A DNA stretch of 64,000 nucleotides from Oscillospiraceae bacterium (lineage in GTDB: Bacteria; Bacillota; Clostridia; Oscillospirales; Ruminococcaceae): assembly GCA_025758045.1 (NCBI GenBank), contig CP107208.1:753298-817297 (forward strand), written 5' to 3'. The first letter of the stretch is position 1. Every line of letters starts with the position of its first letter. The position numbers and the translations under genes are program-made. This document shows positions 46,032 to 57,323 of this stretch, in pieces. A model generated the notes under the pieces. The model was not told the DNA's origin. It did no database searches and saw only the letters and a program-made list of their open reading frames with translations.

Positions 46032-46123
46032 TGATTTTTAAATTTTTGTAAAAACTTTGGCGAAAGGCGTAAATGTTTTACCCACACGCACACGCCAATA
46101 GGCAGGACGCACAAACAAAAAAA

Positions 46124-46163
46124 GCAAAAGTCATACTTTACTTGTGTAAAAAGTATGACTTTT
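46124..46163 (-). terminator. Terminator after folT
   Basis: Roughly 12-bp stem AAGTCATACTTT / AAAGTATGACTT followed on the minus strand by a T-run. Confidence 0.65.
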
Positions 46164-46227
46164 ACCGTTTGCTTGCAGTTTGATCTTTTGCTTTGTTTTG
46201 CGGCTGCTCCGGGGCCGGGTGTGCTGC

Positions 46228-46809
46228 TTAGCGTTTGTGGATGTACTTGCGGTCCAGCCCGTAGTTGACGGCGGCGTTGAGCACCGCCCACATCAAAAAG
46301 ACTTCCACCGGCAGCATCAGCGTGTTTTTGATGGCGCCGGAGGTCAGGTAGTAGAGATAGCCCTTGCCGTAGAGCATGGCCTTCCACACGCTGCCCAACA
46401 GCACGTTGCTGCCGTAATTGATAATAAGCCGCACCACAATAATGCGCAGCAGCGTTGGTTTGCGCTTGTACAGCAGCACGCCGTAGATGAAGCCCGACAG
46501 CACCGCCGTGACGAGGTAGCCGGGGAAATACGGCTCGCCGTAGCTGGAGAGCAGAAACCCTACCGAGTCGATGATGGCACCGGCCATCATGCCCACGCAG
46601 GGGCCGTAGCACATGCAGCCCAGACCGACCACCAGAAAGCTGAAGTAAATTTTAAGGCTTGGCCCCAGCAGGTAGATGGGCAGACCCTCCAGCACGATGG
46701 CCATGGCGCAGACCAGGCCCGCAAAAGCCAGCACGCGGACGTTGCGGAACTCCGCCCGGGCGGTGCGCCAGTAGGCTGGTGAAAAGACGGACAATTTTGC
46801 TTCCTGCAT
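46228..46809 (-). CDS. folT: Folate-family ECF transporter S component
   Basis: Membrane protein of about 190 aa, directly downstream of a THF riboswitch. The start ATG at 46807-46809 has an AAGGAGG RBS. Confidence 0.8.
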   Translation of the reverse strand: MQEAKLSVFSPAYWRTARAEFRNVRVLAFAGLVCAMAIVLEGLPIYLLGPSLKIYFSFLVVGLGCMCYGPCVGMMAGAIIDSVGFLLSSYGEPYFPGYLVTAVLSGFIYGVLLYKRKPTLLRIIVVRLIINYGSNVLLGSVWKAMLYGKGYLYYLTSGAIKNTLMLPVEVFLMWAVLNAAVNYGLDRKYIHKR

Positions 46810-46900
46810 ACAAAAAACCTCCTTGCGTATGCGGATGCCGCACAAGCAAGGAGGCAATAATAAGGTGTGCCAGGCACACCCGCCGTTGCACACCTTTTAT

Positions 46901-47002
46901 GCAGCAGTGGGATGCGGGACCCGCACCGCAGGCCGCTTTGGCCTTTCGTCCTGCCACAACTCCCCGTTGGTCAGGCACTTTACGCGCGTGTCCCTACTCT
47001 GC
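46901..47002 (-). promoter_or_regulatory. THF (tetrahydrofolate) riboswitch
   Basis: The minus strand reads GCAGAGUAG..GCGUAAAGUG..GGGGA..ACGAAAG..GCGGUG..GCAUCC..CUGC, matching the conserved THF-I core and P1. Downstream lie a GGTGTGC/GCACACC hairpin and an RBS-sequestering helix (GCCTCCTTGC/GCAAGGAGG). Confidence 0.85.
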
Positions 47003-47026
47003 GAAAAAATATTGGGTTACAAGCCT

Positions 47027-47054
47027 ATTATACACGGGATGGATAGAAATGCAA
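47027..47054 (-). promoter_or_regulatory. Putative promoter of THF riboswitch-folT
   Basis: On the minus strand: TTGCAT (47049-47054), 16-nt spacer, TATAAT (47027-47032). Confidence 0.5.
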
Positions 47055-47099
47055 GCACACCTTTGCAAAAACAGGCTGCACGGGCGCTGCCCTACCCCT

Positions 47100-47152
47100 G
47101 TAGGGGAGCATTCTATATGCTCCCGCGGGCGGATGCAAGCATCCGCCCCTAC
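47100..47152. repeat. REPIN-like inverted doublet (GTAGGGG...CCCCTAC)
   Basis: GTAGGGGAGCATTCTATATGCTCCC followed by GGGCGGATGCAAGCATCCGCCCCTAC. Further CCCTAC fragments flank it (47091-47187). Confidence 0.55.
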
Positions 47153-47193
47153 GCATTCCCCATAGGTTCGCATTGCTCGCCCCTACCCTTTCT

Positions 47194-48774
47194 TTACACG
47201 CCGCTGGCACCGTAGTTGGACAGCACGCGGGCGCTGGGGTCATCGACGTTGCAGCCGGGCCAGGCCTTGTTGGGCATCCAGTAATCCACGATCATCTCCG
47301 CCTGGCCGGGATAGTATTTTTCAAAAATTTCACGGTACAGCAGGCTTTCTTTGGTAAAGGGGCGGCAATAGGTATACTGGCCGCACTTCTCGGCAAATTC
47401 GCGGTCGGTATACACGGTCCCGGCGTATTCTTTCAGGTCGTCCACCATCGAGTGGCCCACAGCGTCGCTGAAGGCAGCCTTTTCACGCCAGAGGATGCTC
47501 TCGGGCAGCCAATCACCTTCAAAGGCCTTGCGCAGCAGGTACTTGCCCATGCCATAAATGTTCAGCTTCTTTTCGGGGTCGATGGCCATAACGTACTTGA
47601 CGAAATCCAGGTCACCGAAGGGCACGCGGGCCTCCAGGCTGTTGACGCTGATGGAACGGTCGGCGCGCAGCACATCGTACATATACAGTTCGCGGATGCG
47701 CTTCTGGCTCTCGGTCTGGAAGGCGGCGGCGCTGGGGGCGAAGTCGGTGTACTTGTAGCCGAACAACTCGTCGGAGATCTCGCCGGTCAACAGCACGCGG
47801 ATGTCGGTGTGCTCATGGATGTACTTGCAGACGAGGTACATACCCACCGAAGCGCGGATGGTGGTGATGTCCCAGGTGCCCAGCATGGCGATGACTTTTT
47901 CCAGCGCTTCAAGAACGATTTGCTTGTTGATGATGACCTCGGTGTGGTCGGCATGGAGGTAATCGGCCACCTGCTTGGCGTATTTCAGGTCGATGGCGTC
48001 CTCGCTCATGCCGATGGCGAAGGTGCGGATGGGCTTGCCCAGCTTTTTAGCTGCAATGGCGCAAACCAGGCTGGAGTCCAGGCCGCCGGAAAGCAGGAAG
48101 CCCACGGGGGTGTCGGCATCCAGCCGCTTATCCACGCCAGCCACCAGCTTTTCGCGGATGTTCGTCAAAATTTCAGGCAGTTCATCCTGGCTGTAGGCCG
48201 GGGTATCGGCGATGTCGCAGTAGCGCACAAACTGGCCGTTGCAGTAGTAGCTGCCGATGGGGAACGGATAGATCTTTTTGCACAGCCCAATGAGGTTTTT
48301 GGCCTCGGAGGCAAAGGCGATATGGCCGCTCTCGCTGTAGCCGTAGAACAGCGGGCGGATGCCGATGGGGTCGCGGGCAGCGATGAGCAGCTTTTTGCGG
48401 CTGTCGTACAGAATCATGGCAAACTCGGCGTCCAGATGCTTGAACATGTCCAGGCCGTACTTGTAGTACAGCGGCAGGATGATCTCGCAGTCGGAGTCTG
48501 ACTCAAAGGTGTAGCCTTCAGCTTCCAGTTCGGCCTTGACGGGGCGGAAGCCGTACAGCTCGCCGTTGCAGGCAACGCAATCGGCACCGCGGAAGAAGGG
48601 CTGCATGCCCTCCGGCGTAAGGCCCATAATGGCCAGGCGGCCGAAGCCCAGCAGGCCGAACTCGGTCTCGGCGACGCGCTGGTCGTCCGGGCCGCGGCTG
48701 GTGGTGCGCAGCAGATACTCAGTAAACGTTTCCTTGGGCAGATCATGCCCGGCATAACCCATGATACAGCACAT
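47194..48774 (-). CDS. asnB: Asparagine synthase (glutamine-hydrolysing)
   Basis: N-terminal nucleophile Cys2 (MCCIMGY), and the SGGLDSS PP-loop motif; 526 aa. Confidence 0.9.
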   Translation of the reverse strand: MCCIMGYAGHDLPKETFTEYLLRTTSRGPDDQRVAETEFGLLGFGRLAIMGLTPEGMQPFFRGADCVACNGELYGFRPVKAELEAEGYTFESDSDCEIILPLYYKYGLDMFKHLDAEFAMILYDSRKKLLIAARDPIGIRPLFYGYSESGHIAFASEAKNLIGLCKKIYPFPIGSYYCNGQFVRYCDIADTPAYSQDELPEILTNIREKLVAGVDKRLDADTPVGFLLSGGLDSSLVCAIAAKKLGKPIRTFAIGMSEDAIDLKYAKQVADYLHADHTEVIINKQIVLEALEKVIAMLGTWDITTIRASVGMYLVCKYIHEHTDIRVLLTGEISDELFGYKYTDFAPSAAAFQTESQKRIRELYMYDVLRADRSISVNSLEARVPFGDLDFVKYVMAIDPEKKLNIYGMGKYLLRKAFEGDWLPESILWREKAAFSDAVGHSMVDDLKEYAGTVYTDREFAEKCGQYTYCRPFTKESLLYREIFEKYYPGQAEMIVDYWMPNKAWPGCNVDDPSARVLSNYGASGV

Positions 48775-48826
48775 TTTGGTGACACTCCTTTAGATTTCCA
48801 ACACCTGTTATTCCCCCGAACGGCAA

Positions 48827-49120
48827 TAAAAAAAGACAGCCCATTCGCCCTGCATTAGGACGAATCGCTGTCTTGGATCCGCGGTGCCACCTAAATTACC
48901 GCAGCCGAAATAATGGCATACGGTCACTTTTTCCGTACACGTTCACCTTTGAAACGCTGCCGCTGTAACGCACGGCCTGCGGCATCCCCTACTCCTCTGC
49001 GGTTTCAGTTTGCAGCTGTCAGGTGTTCTTTCGCGCCCCGTCCCCGTCCCGGCTTACACCAGATGTCGGGCTCTCTGTGCGGATGTTGGGCGGTACTTTT
49101 CCCGGTCATCGCTTTTATCA
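48827..49120 (-). promoter_or_regulatory. T-box leader (probable Asn specifier) upstream of asnB
   Basis: The minus strand has AGAGAG and GGUGUAA stem I motifs and the T-box sequence AAUUUAGGUGGCACCGCGG (48879-48897). A terminator, AAGACAGC...GCTGTCTTTTTTT, follows at 48827-48874. The candidate specifier is AAC-A at 49025-49027. Confidence 0.8.
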
Positions 49121-49125
49121 GCTAA

Positions 49126-49154
49126 AGCATAGCACCATTTTGGGGCCGTGTCAA
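49126..49154 (-). promoter_or_regulatory. Promoter of asnB T-box leader
   Basis: On the minus strand: TTGACA (49149-49154), 17-nt spacer, TATGCT (49126-49131). Confidence 0.6.
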
Positions 49155-49232
49155 GCGTTTTTGGGTAGTTTTAGCTAACAGACCGTTTGGATTTTATTTT
49201 GCCTAAAATCCACCTTTTTATAGGGTTTTATC

Positions 49233-49261
49233 TTGTTTTGGGCGTTTTGGCATGGTACAAT
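49233..49261 (+). promoter_or_regulatory. Putative promoter of sufC/sufB-like operon
   Basis: TTGTTT (49233-49238), 17-nt spacer including TG, TACAAT (49256-49261). Confidence 0.4.
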
Positions 49262-49303
49262 AAACTGCAGAGCATTATTTATTAACGGAGGAATCACCTT
49301 TTT

Positions 49304-50044
49304 ATGTTAGAGCTTCGTCATGTCGGCTTTGAGACCGACGACAATAAAGAGATTCTGCGGGATGTCAGCCTGACTGTGCAGGACCGTTTTGTGGCCATCA
49401 CCGGCCCCAACGGCGGCGGCAAATCCACGCTGGCCAAAGTCATTGCCGGTATCTACCAGCCCACCAGCGGCCAAATTTTGCTGGACGGCGTGGACATTAC
49501 CCACATGTCCATCACCGACCGCGCCAACCTGGGCCTGAGTTACGCCTTCCAGCAGCCGGTGCGCTTCAAGGGGCTGCGGGTCAAGGACCTGCTGAGCCTG
49601 GCCGCCGGCAAAAATACCAGCGTCAACGAGGCCTGCAGCTATCTGAGCGAGGTCGGTCTGTGCGCCCGTGATTATGTGGACCGTGAGCTGAACGACAGCC
49701 TGTCCGGCGGCGAGCTGAAGCGCATCGAAATCGCCATGGTGCTGGCCCGCGGCACCAAGCTGTCCATCTTCGATGAGCCGGAGGCGGGCATCGATCTGTG
49801 GAGCTTCCAGAACCTCATCCGCGTGTTTGAAAAGATGTACGAGCAGACCCGCGGCAGCATCCTGATCATCAGCCATCAGGAGCGCATTTTGAACATTGCC
49901 GACAAAATTGTCGTTATTAAAAACGGCCAGGTGGAAAAAGAGGGCGCCCGTGCGGACATCCTGCCCGCCCTGCTGGGCAGTGCCGACGCCGGCAGCCCGG
50001 CCTGCAGTGTGCTGGCCGACAAAGTGGAAGGGGTGCGCAAATGA
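49304..50044 (+). CDS. sufC: SufC-like Fe-S cluster assembly ATPase
   Basis: Soluble ABC ATPase (GPNGGGKST, LSGGELKRIEIA, SIFDEPEAGID). It is translationally coupled to the SufB/D-like gene. Confidence 0.8.
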   Translation: MLELRHVGFETDDNKEILRDVSLTVQDRFVAITGPNGGGKSTLAKVIAGIYQPTSGQILLDGVDITHMSITDRANLGLSYAFQQPVRFKGLRVKDLLSLAAGKNTSVNEACSYLSEVGLCARDYVDRELNDSLSGGELKRIEIAMVLARGTKLSIFDEPEAGIDLWSFQNLIRVFEKMYEQTRGSILIISHQERILNIADKIVVIKNGQVEKEGARADILPALLGSADAGSPACSVLADKVEGVRK

Positions 50045-50961
50045 TCGACGCAATTGAACAAAACCTGCTGCGGGAGGTCGCCGACCTGGACAGCCTGCCC
50101 GTAGGCGCTTACAACATCCGCGCCAATGGCCAGCTGGCGGGCCGCAACACCACCGCCAACATTGACATCGTGACCAAGGACGACAAGCCCGGCATCGACA
50201 TTTACATCCGCCCGTTCACCAAAAACGAGAGCGTGCACATTCCCGTTATCCTGAGCCAGACCGGCCTGACCGATCTGGTGTACAACGATTTCCACATCGG
50301 CGAGGGCGCGGACGTGACCATCATCGCCGGCTGCGGCATCCACAACTGCGGCGGCGGCAACGCCCAGCACGACGGCATCCACACCTTCTATCTGGCCAAA
50401 AACGCCAAGCTGCGCTACGTGGAAAAGCACTACGGCGAGGGCGACGGCCGCGGCAAGCAGGTGATGAACCCCACCACCATCGTGCACCTGGCCGAGGGTG
50501 CGCAGATGGAGATGGAGACCACCCAGATCGCCGGTATCGACGATACCATGCGCAAAACCAGCGGTGATCTGGCCGAGGGCGCCAGCCTGGTCATCCACGA
50601 GAAGATCATGACCACCGGCGACCAGCATGCTGTGACCGATTTTGACGTAGACCTGAACGGCGAGGGCTGCTCGGCCAACGTGGTAAGCCGCAGCGTGGCC
50701 AAGGACGTGAGCAAGCAGGAGTTTATCAGCCACATCAACGGCAACTGCGCCTGCGCGGGCCACTCCGAGTGCGACGCCATCATCATGGACCACGCCTCGG
50801 TCATTGCCAGCCCGGCCCTGACCGCCAACAGTGTGGACGCCAGCCTGATCCACGAAGCCGCCATCGGCAAGATTGCCGGTGAACAGCTCATCAAGCTGAT
50901 GACCCTTGGCCTGACCGAAAAGGAAGCCGAGGACCAGATTGTGAACGGATTTTTGAAGTAA
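50041..50961 (+). CDS. SufB/SufD-family Fe-S assembly scaffold protein (short form)
   Basis: 306 aa. Beta-helix type repeats and the C-terminal HEAAIGKIAGEQLIKLMTLGLTEKEAEDQIVNGF are typical of the SufB/D C-terminus. Confidence 0.8.
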   Translation: MIDAIEQNLLREVADLDSLPVGAYNIRANGQLAGRNTTANIDIVTKDDKPGIDIYIRPFTKNESVHIPVILSQTGLTDLVYNDFHIGEGADVTIIAGCGIHNCGGGNAQHDGIHTFYLAKNAKLRYVEKHYGEGDGRGKQVMNPTTIVHLAEGAQMEMETTQIAGIDDTMRKTSGDLAEGASLVIHEKIMTTGDQHAVTDFDVDLNGEGCSANVVSRSVAKDVSKQEFISHINGNCACAGHSECDAIIMDHASVIASPALTANSVDASLIHEAAIGKIAGEQLIKLMTLGLTEKEAEDQIVNGFLK

Positions 50962-50972
50962 GTTTTCACAAC

Positions 50973-51010
50973 AAAACAGCCGCCCGGCGCAGAACCGGGC
51001 GGCTGTTTTT
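50973..51010 (+). terminator. Intrinsic terminator after the suf-like operon
   Basis: 11-bp stem CAGCCGCCCGG / CCGGGCGGCTG followed by TTTTT. Confidence 0.75.
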
Positions 51011-51011
51011 G

Positions 51012-51040
51012 TTGACGATGCGTAGAAAATTGCGTATACT
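51012..51040 (+). promoter_or_regulatory. Promoter of vanZ-like gene
   Basis: TTGACG (51012-51017), 17-nt spacer, TATACT (51035-51040). Confidence 0.55.
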
Positions 51041-51141
51041 GTGAAGTAGGCAATTCGGAAATCGTAACACATCCGAAATACAAGTAAGGAACTTGTTGCT
51101 ATACCATAGAATAAAAAGGAAGGGGTTCTAGCATTAGGGAT

Positions 51142-51828
51142 ATGAAGATTAAAAGAAAACATAGTTTCCAATTTATGACAATATTATATTTTATAATCGT
51201 ATTCTGTATGTGTATCACTCGATTTAATATCATCATGACTCTTGTCGGCGGTCCACTAACAAGAATTGATGCAGTCAACATGATACCCTTTCATAGCATC
51301 AGAGAGAATTTAAAGTATGGACACAGTCCTATTTCATGGGATATGCTTTATAATATAGTCATGTTTGTGCCATTCGGAATTATATATTGCTATTATCAGA
51401 AAACATTTTGCATATATAAAGCAATCGGCTTGTCGGTCTTAACAACATTTTCAATTGAAATGGCACAGTTTATTTTTAAAACAGGCGTTGTGGATATAGA
51501 TGACCTTATTGTAAATACAATTGGCAGTTTAGTTGGTATCTTCTTTTATATTGCACTACAAAAAATATTGCAACGGGCACAAATGTTGGATGTACACGAA
51601 GTAATTGATACAGTTGCAACAATACTGCCTCCGTTATTCATCACCTTCGTTGTCAAAATGTTTTTTGGCGATGGTTCACCAAAGCTGCTTTTTATTCACA
51701 ATATAGTTCTAATAAGCTATGGTATTTTCGACTATACATTTTTAATAAATGATTTTTCCTGGAAATCAAAGCTGTTTTACGCAGCATTTTATGTTGGGAT
51801 TTTCTGGTTGCTCCTTGCCATACTATAG
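51142..51828 (+). CDS. VanZ-family membrane protein
   Basis: The motifs NMIPFHSI..NIVMFVPFG..DIDDLIVNTIGSLVG are typical of VanZ. The gene is strongly AT-rich relative to its flanks. The start is uncertain: 51142, or the downstream ATG at 51175. Confidence 0.75.
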   Translation: MKIKRKHSFQFMTILYFIIVFCMCITRFNIIMTLVGGPLTRIDAVNMIPFHSIRENLKYGHSPISWDMLYNIVMFVPFGIIYCYYQKTFCIYKAIGLSVLTTFSIEMAQFIFKTGVVDIDDLIVNTIGSLVGIFFYIALQKILQRAQMLDVHEVIDTVATILPPLFITFVVKMFFGDGSPKLLFIHNIVLISYGIFDYTFLINDFSWKSKLFYAAFYVGIFWLLLAIL

Positions 51829-51883
51829 AAAATATAGTTGCAGGTAAAATCATTTCTGCATACCATGCACAGATTGCTAAACT

Positions 51884-52063
51884 CTAGGGCAATACCGCAT
51901 AATTCTAAGTGCCGATACGGCGAGCGAGGTGCGGCAGCTGCTAAGCCAAAAGCGCAGATAATACTTTGTGTATTATCGAGCATTTTGGCAACGCAGATGC
52001 CGTGCCGCAGCCGCCGGAGCGGTGCTTAAGCCGTCAGGCGGGAATTGTGCGGTGTTGCTCTAG
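51884..52063 (+). mobile_element. MITE-like hairpin element, copy D (172-nt core 51888-52059, TSD CTAG/CTAG)
   Basis: It has the terminal inverted repeats and the rod-like fold. It is flanked by CTAG at 51884-51887 and 52060-52063. Confidence 0.8.
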
Positions 52064-52076
52064 TTTTTCATTCAGC

Positions 52077-52116
52077 AAAAAAACGGCCTGCCCGTCAATG
52101 TACAACGAGCAGGTCG
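52077..52116 (-). terminator. Terminator after ilvD
   Basis: GACCTGCTCG / CGGGCAGGCC stem followed on the minus strand by GTTTTTTT. Confidence 0.6.
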
Positions 52117-52129
52117 CTTTTATTTGCGA

Positions 52130-53788
<1,659 letters not shown>

Positions 53789-53850
53789 TTTTTCTCTCCG
53801 TTTATCCAAAAGGCCTTCCCCGCAGGGGGGAAGGCGTTGTTTTGTTAAAA

Positions 53851-54915
<1,065 letters not shown>

Positions 54916-54948
54916 TTAACGAAAAACAAATTGTGTGGATACCGTTTT

Positions 54949-54978
54949 GTAGGGGCGGATACAAGCATCGACCCCTAC
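54949..54978. repeat. REP-like palindrome GTAGGGGCGGATAC-AA-GCATCGACCCCTAC
   Basis: A single hairpin whose two arms match the outer halves of the doublet at 58947-59000. Confidence 0.5.
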
Positions 54979-55006
54979 GGATTGGTGGAAGATTTCAACC
55001 TTTTTG

Positions 55007-55591
55007 CTATTTCTGCGGGCAATGGGTGCCCGGCAGGGGCAACTGCGCATCCCGCACTTCCTGTGCGGGCTTTTGCATGTGCTGGTGTTTGCCGCCGCGC
55101 TCCAGCGCGGTTACGCCGGTACGGCAGAGCTCCAAGATCTCGTAGCCATTGAACATGGTCAGGAACGCGTCGATCTTATCGGGCTTGCCGGTCAGCTCAA
55201 AGACCATGCTGTCCGGCGACAGATCGATGATCTTGGCCTTGTAGATGCTGGAAATTTCCCGCAGCTCGGCGCGGCTGTGGTTGTCGCAAGCCACCTTTAA
55301 AAGCAACAGCTCGCGCTGCAGGCTCTTTTCGGGGTCCAGCTCAAAGACCTGGCGGGTGACTTCCAGCCGCTCGGTCTGCAAGATCAGCTGGCTGAGGGCC
55401 TGCTCGCTGCCGCGCAGCGTGACCGTGATACGGCTGATGGAGGGGTCGTTGGTGGCCGAGACCGTCAGGCTGTCGATGTTGAAGCCGCGGCGGCAGAACA
55501 GGCTGGCCACGCGGGCCAGAACACCGTTGCTGTTATCCACCAGCAGGCTGATGACCCGGCGCTGGTTATTGGGGTTTTGTGTCTGTTCCAT
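55007..55591 (-). CDS. ilvN: Acetolactate synthase small (regulatory) subunit
   Basis: ACT domain (RRVISLLVDNSNGVLARVASLFCRRGFNIDSLTV). I prefer the ATG at 55589-55591, which has a GAGGTGA RBS; the alternative is the GTG at 55600. It has a C-terminal tail of about 25 aa beyond the usual end. Confidence 0.85.
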   Translation of the reverse strand: MEQTQNPNNQRRVISLLVDNSNGVLARVASLFCRRGFNIDSLTVSATNDPSISRITVTLRGSEQALSQLILQTERLEVTRQVFELDPEKSLQRELLLLKVACDNHSRAELREISSIYKAKIIDLSPDSMVFELTGKPDKIDAFLTMFNGYEILELCRTGVTALERGGKHQHMQKPAQEVRDAQLPLPGTHCPQK

Positions 55592-55601
55592 GCAGCTCAC
55601 C

Positions 55602-57266
55602 TCATTCCATGATGATGTCTTCGATCGTGCCGCCGCCGGGGATCATGGGCAGCACTTTTTCGTCCTTGCCGATGCGGCAGTCGATCCAGCTGGGGCCTTG
55701 CTGCTTCATGGCATCGGTGAAAGCGGCCTTGAACTCCGCCGGAGTAGTGGCACGGTAGCCCTTGGCACCAAAGGCCTCGGCCAGCTTGACGAAATCGGTC
55801 TTGCGGTGGGGGTCGGTGTCGGAGTAGCGCTTCTCGTAGAAGGTCGTCTGCCACTGGCGGACCATGCCCAACACCTGGTTGTTGAAGATGACCGTGATGA
55901 TGGGCAGGTCGTAGCTGACAGCGGTGCAGCCTTCGTTGAGGTTCATGTGGAAGGAGCCGTCGCCGGTGAGCATGACCACACGGGCATCGCGGCCCAGGGC
56001 CATTTGCGCGCCGATGGCCGCGCCGTAGCCGAAGCCCATCGTGCCCAGGCCGCCGCTGGTGAGGAATCCGCGGGATTTGGTGTGGTGCAGATATTGCGCA
56101 GCCCACATCTGATGCTGGCCGACGTCGGTAACATAAACAGCTTCAGGCCCGGCCTGTTCGCAGATCTCGTTGATGATCTGATGGGGTTTCAATTCGGTGT
56201 CACTATCCACAGGTTTGTAGTCCATGGCCTGCCAGACGTGGATCTGATCCATCCAATCGGCGTGCTTGGCCTCTTTAACGTGGGGCAGGATGGCCTGCAA
56301 AACGTAGCTGGCGTCGCCGGTCAGGCTCAGGTCGATGTCCACGTTCTTGCCCAGCTCGCTGGGGTCGATGTCGATCTGGATGATCTTGGCACGTTTGGCG
56401 AAGGCGTCAGGGTTCAGGGCCACGCGGTCGCTGAAGCGGGTGCCCACGGCGATGACCAGGTCGGCCTCGTCGATGGCCTTGTTGGCAGTGTAGCAGCCGT
56501 GCATGCCCAGCAGGCCGAGGTTATGCTCTTCGCCGTAGCTCAGCACACCGGCAGCCATCAGGGTGTAGGTAGCGGGGATGTCGGCCTTGGTCAGCAGGTC
56601 GCGCAGGGGCTGGCAGCCCACCGCACTGCGCACACCGCCGCCGAAGTAGACGATGGGGCGCTTGGCCTCGTTGATCATGGCGGCGGCTTTCTGCACGTCC
56701 TCCTCATTATAAGAGGTAACGGTGCGGATCAGCTCCGGCTCTTTGGGGGTGAACTCGCAGACCGCGGCGGTGACGTCCTTGGGGATGTCCACCAGTACCG
56801 GGCCTTTGCGGCCGGATTGGGCAATGCGGAAAGCCGCACGCATCGTGTCGGCCAGATCCTCGACCCGGCGCACGGTGTAGTTATGTTTGGTGATGGGCAT
56901 CGTGATGCCCTCGATGTAGGCTTCCTGGAAGGAGTCCTTGCCCAGCAGGGTGGTGGCCACGTTGCCGGTGAAGGCGACCATGGGCACGCTGTCCATGTAG
57001 GCGGTGGCGATGCCGGTGACCAGGTTGGTGGCACCGGGGCCGCTGGTGGCCAGCACCACGCCGGTGCGGCCCGTGGCGCGGGCGTAACCGTCGGCCGCAT
57101 GGGAAGCGCCCTGCTCGTGGGCGGTCAGCACGTGGCGGATTCGGTCAGAATTTTTGTACAGCTCATCGTAAAGATTCAGAACCGCGCCGCCGGGGTAGCC
57201 GAACAGGGTATCCACGCCCTGCTCGACCAGGACCTCGACGAAGATCTGTGAACCGGTCAATTTCAT
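55602..57266 (-). CDS. ilvB: Acetolactate synthase large subunit (biosynthetic type)
   Basis: The ThDP enzyme begins MKLTGSQIFVEVLVEQGVDTLFGYPGG and has the GDGSF..N ThDP motif. I trimmed the start to the ATG at 57264-57266, which has a GGAAGGAG RBS. Confidence 0.95.
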   Translation of the reverse strand: MKLTGSQIFVEVLVEQGVDTLFGYPGGAVLNLYDELYKNSDRIRHVLTAHEQGASHAADGYARATGRTGVVLATSGPGATNLVTGIATAYMDSVPMVAFTGNVATTLLGKDSFQEAYIEGITMPITKHNYTVRRVEDLADTMRAAFRIAQSGRKGPVLVDIPKDVTAAVCEFTPKEPELIRTVTSYNEEDVQKAAAMINEAKRPIVYFGGGVRSAVGCQPLRDLLTKADIPATYTLMAAGVLSYGEEHNLGLLGMHGCYTANKAIDEADLVIAVGTRFSDRVALNPDAFAKRAKIIQIDIDPSELGKNVDIDLSLTGDASYVLQAILPHVKEAKHADWMDQIHVWQAMDYKPVDSDTELKPHQIINEICEQAGPEAVYVTDVGQHQMWAAQYLHHTKSRGFLTSGGLGTMGFGYGAAIGAQMALGRDARVVMLTGDGSFHMNLNEGCTAVSYDLPIITVIFNNQVLGMVRQWQTTFYEKRYSDTDPHRKTDFVKLAEAFGAKGYRATTPAEFKAAFTDAMKQQGPSWIDCRIGKDEKVLPMIPGGGTIEDIIME

Positions 57267-57323
57267 CGTGTTTGCTCCTTCCTGAACTTGCCCGCCTCTA
57301 AGGCAAAAAAGTCTTGCGGGTAT

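Noticed and set aside
46659-47215. ORFs of 108-168 aa overlapping the folT upstream region.
   Set aside because: They lie across the THF riboswitch, its promoter and the REP-like palindromes. They are Arg/Pro/Cys-rich with no RBS.
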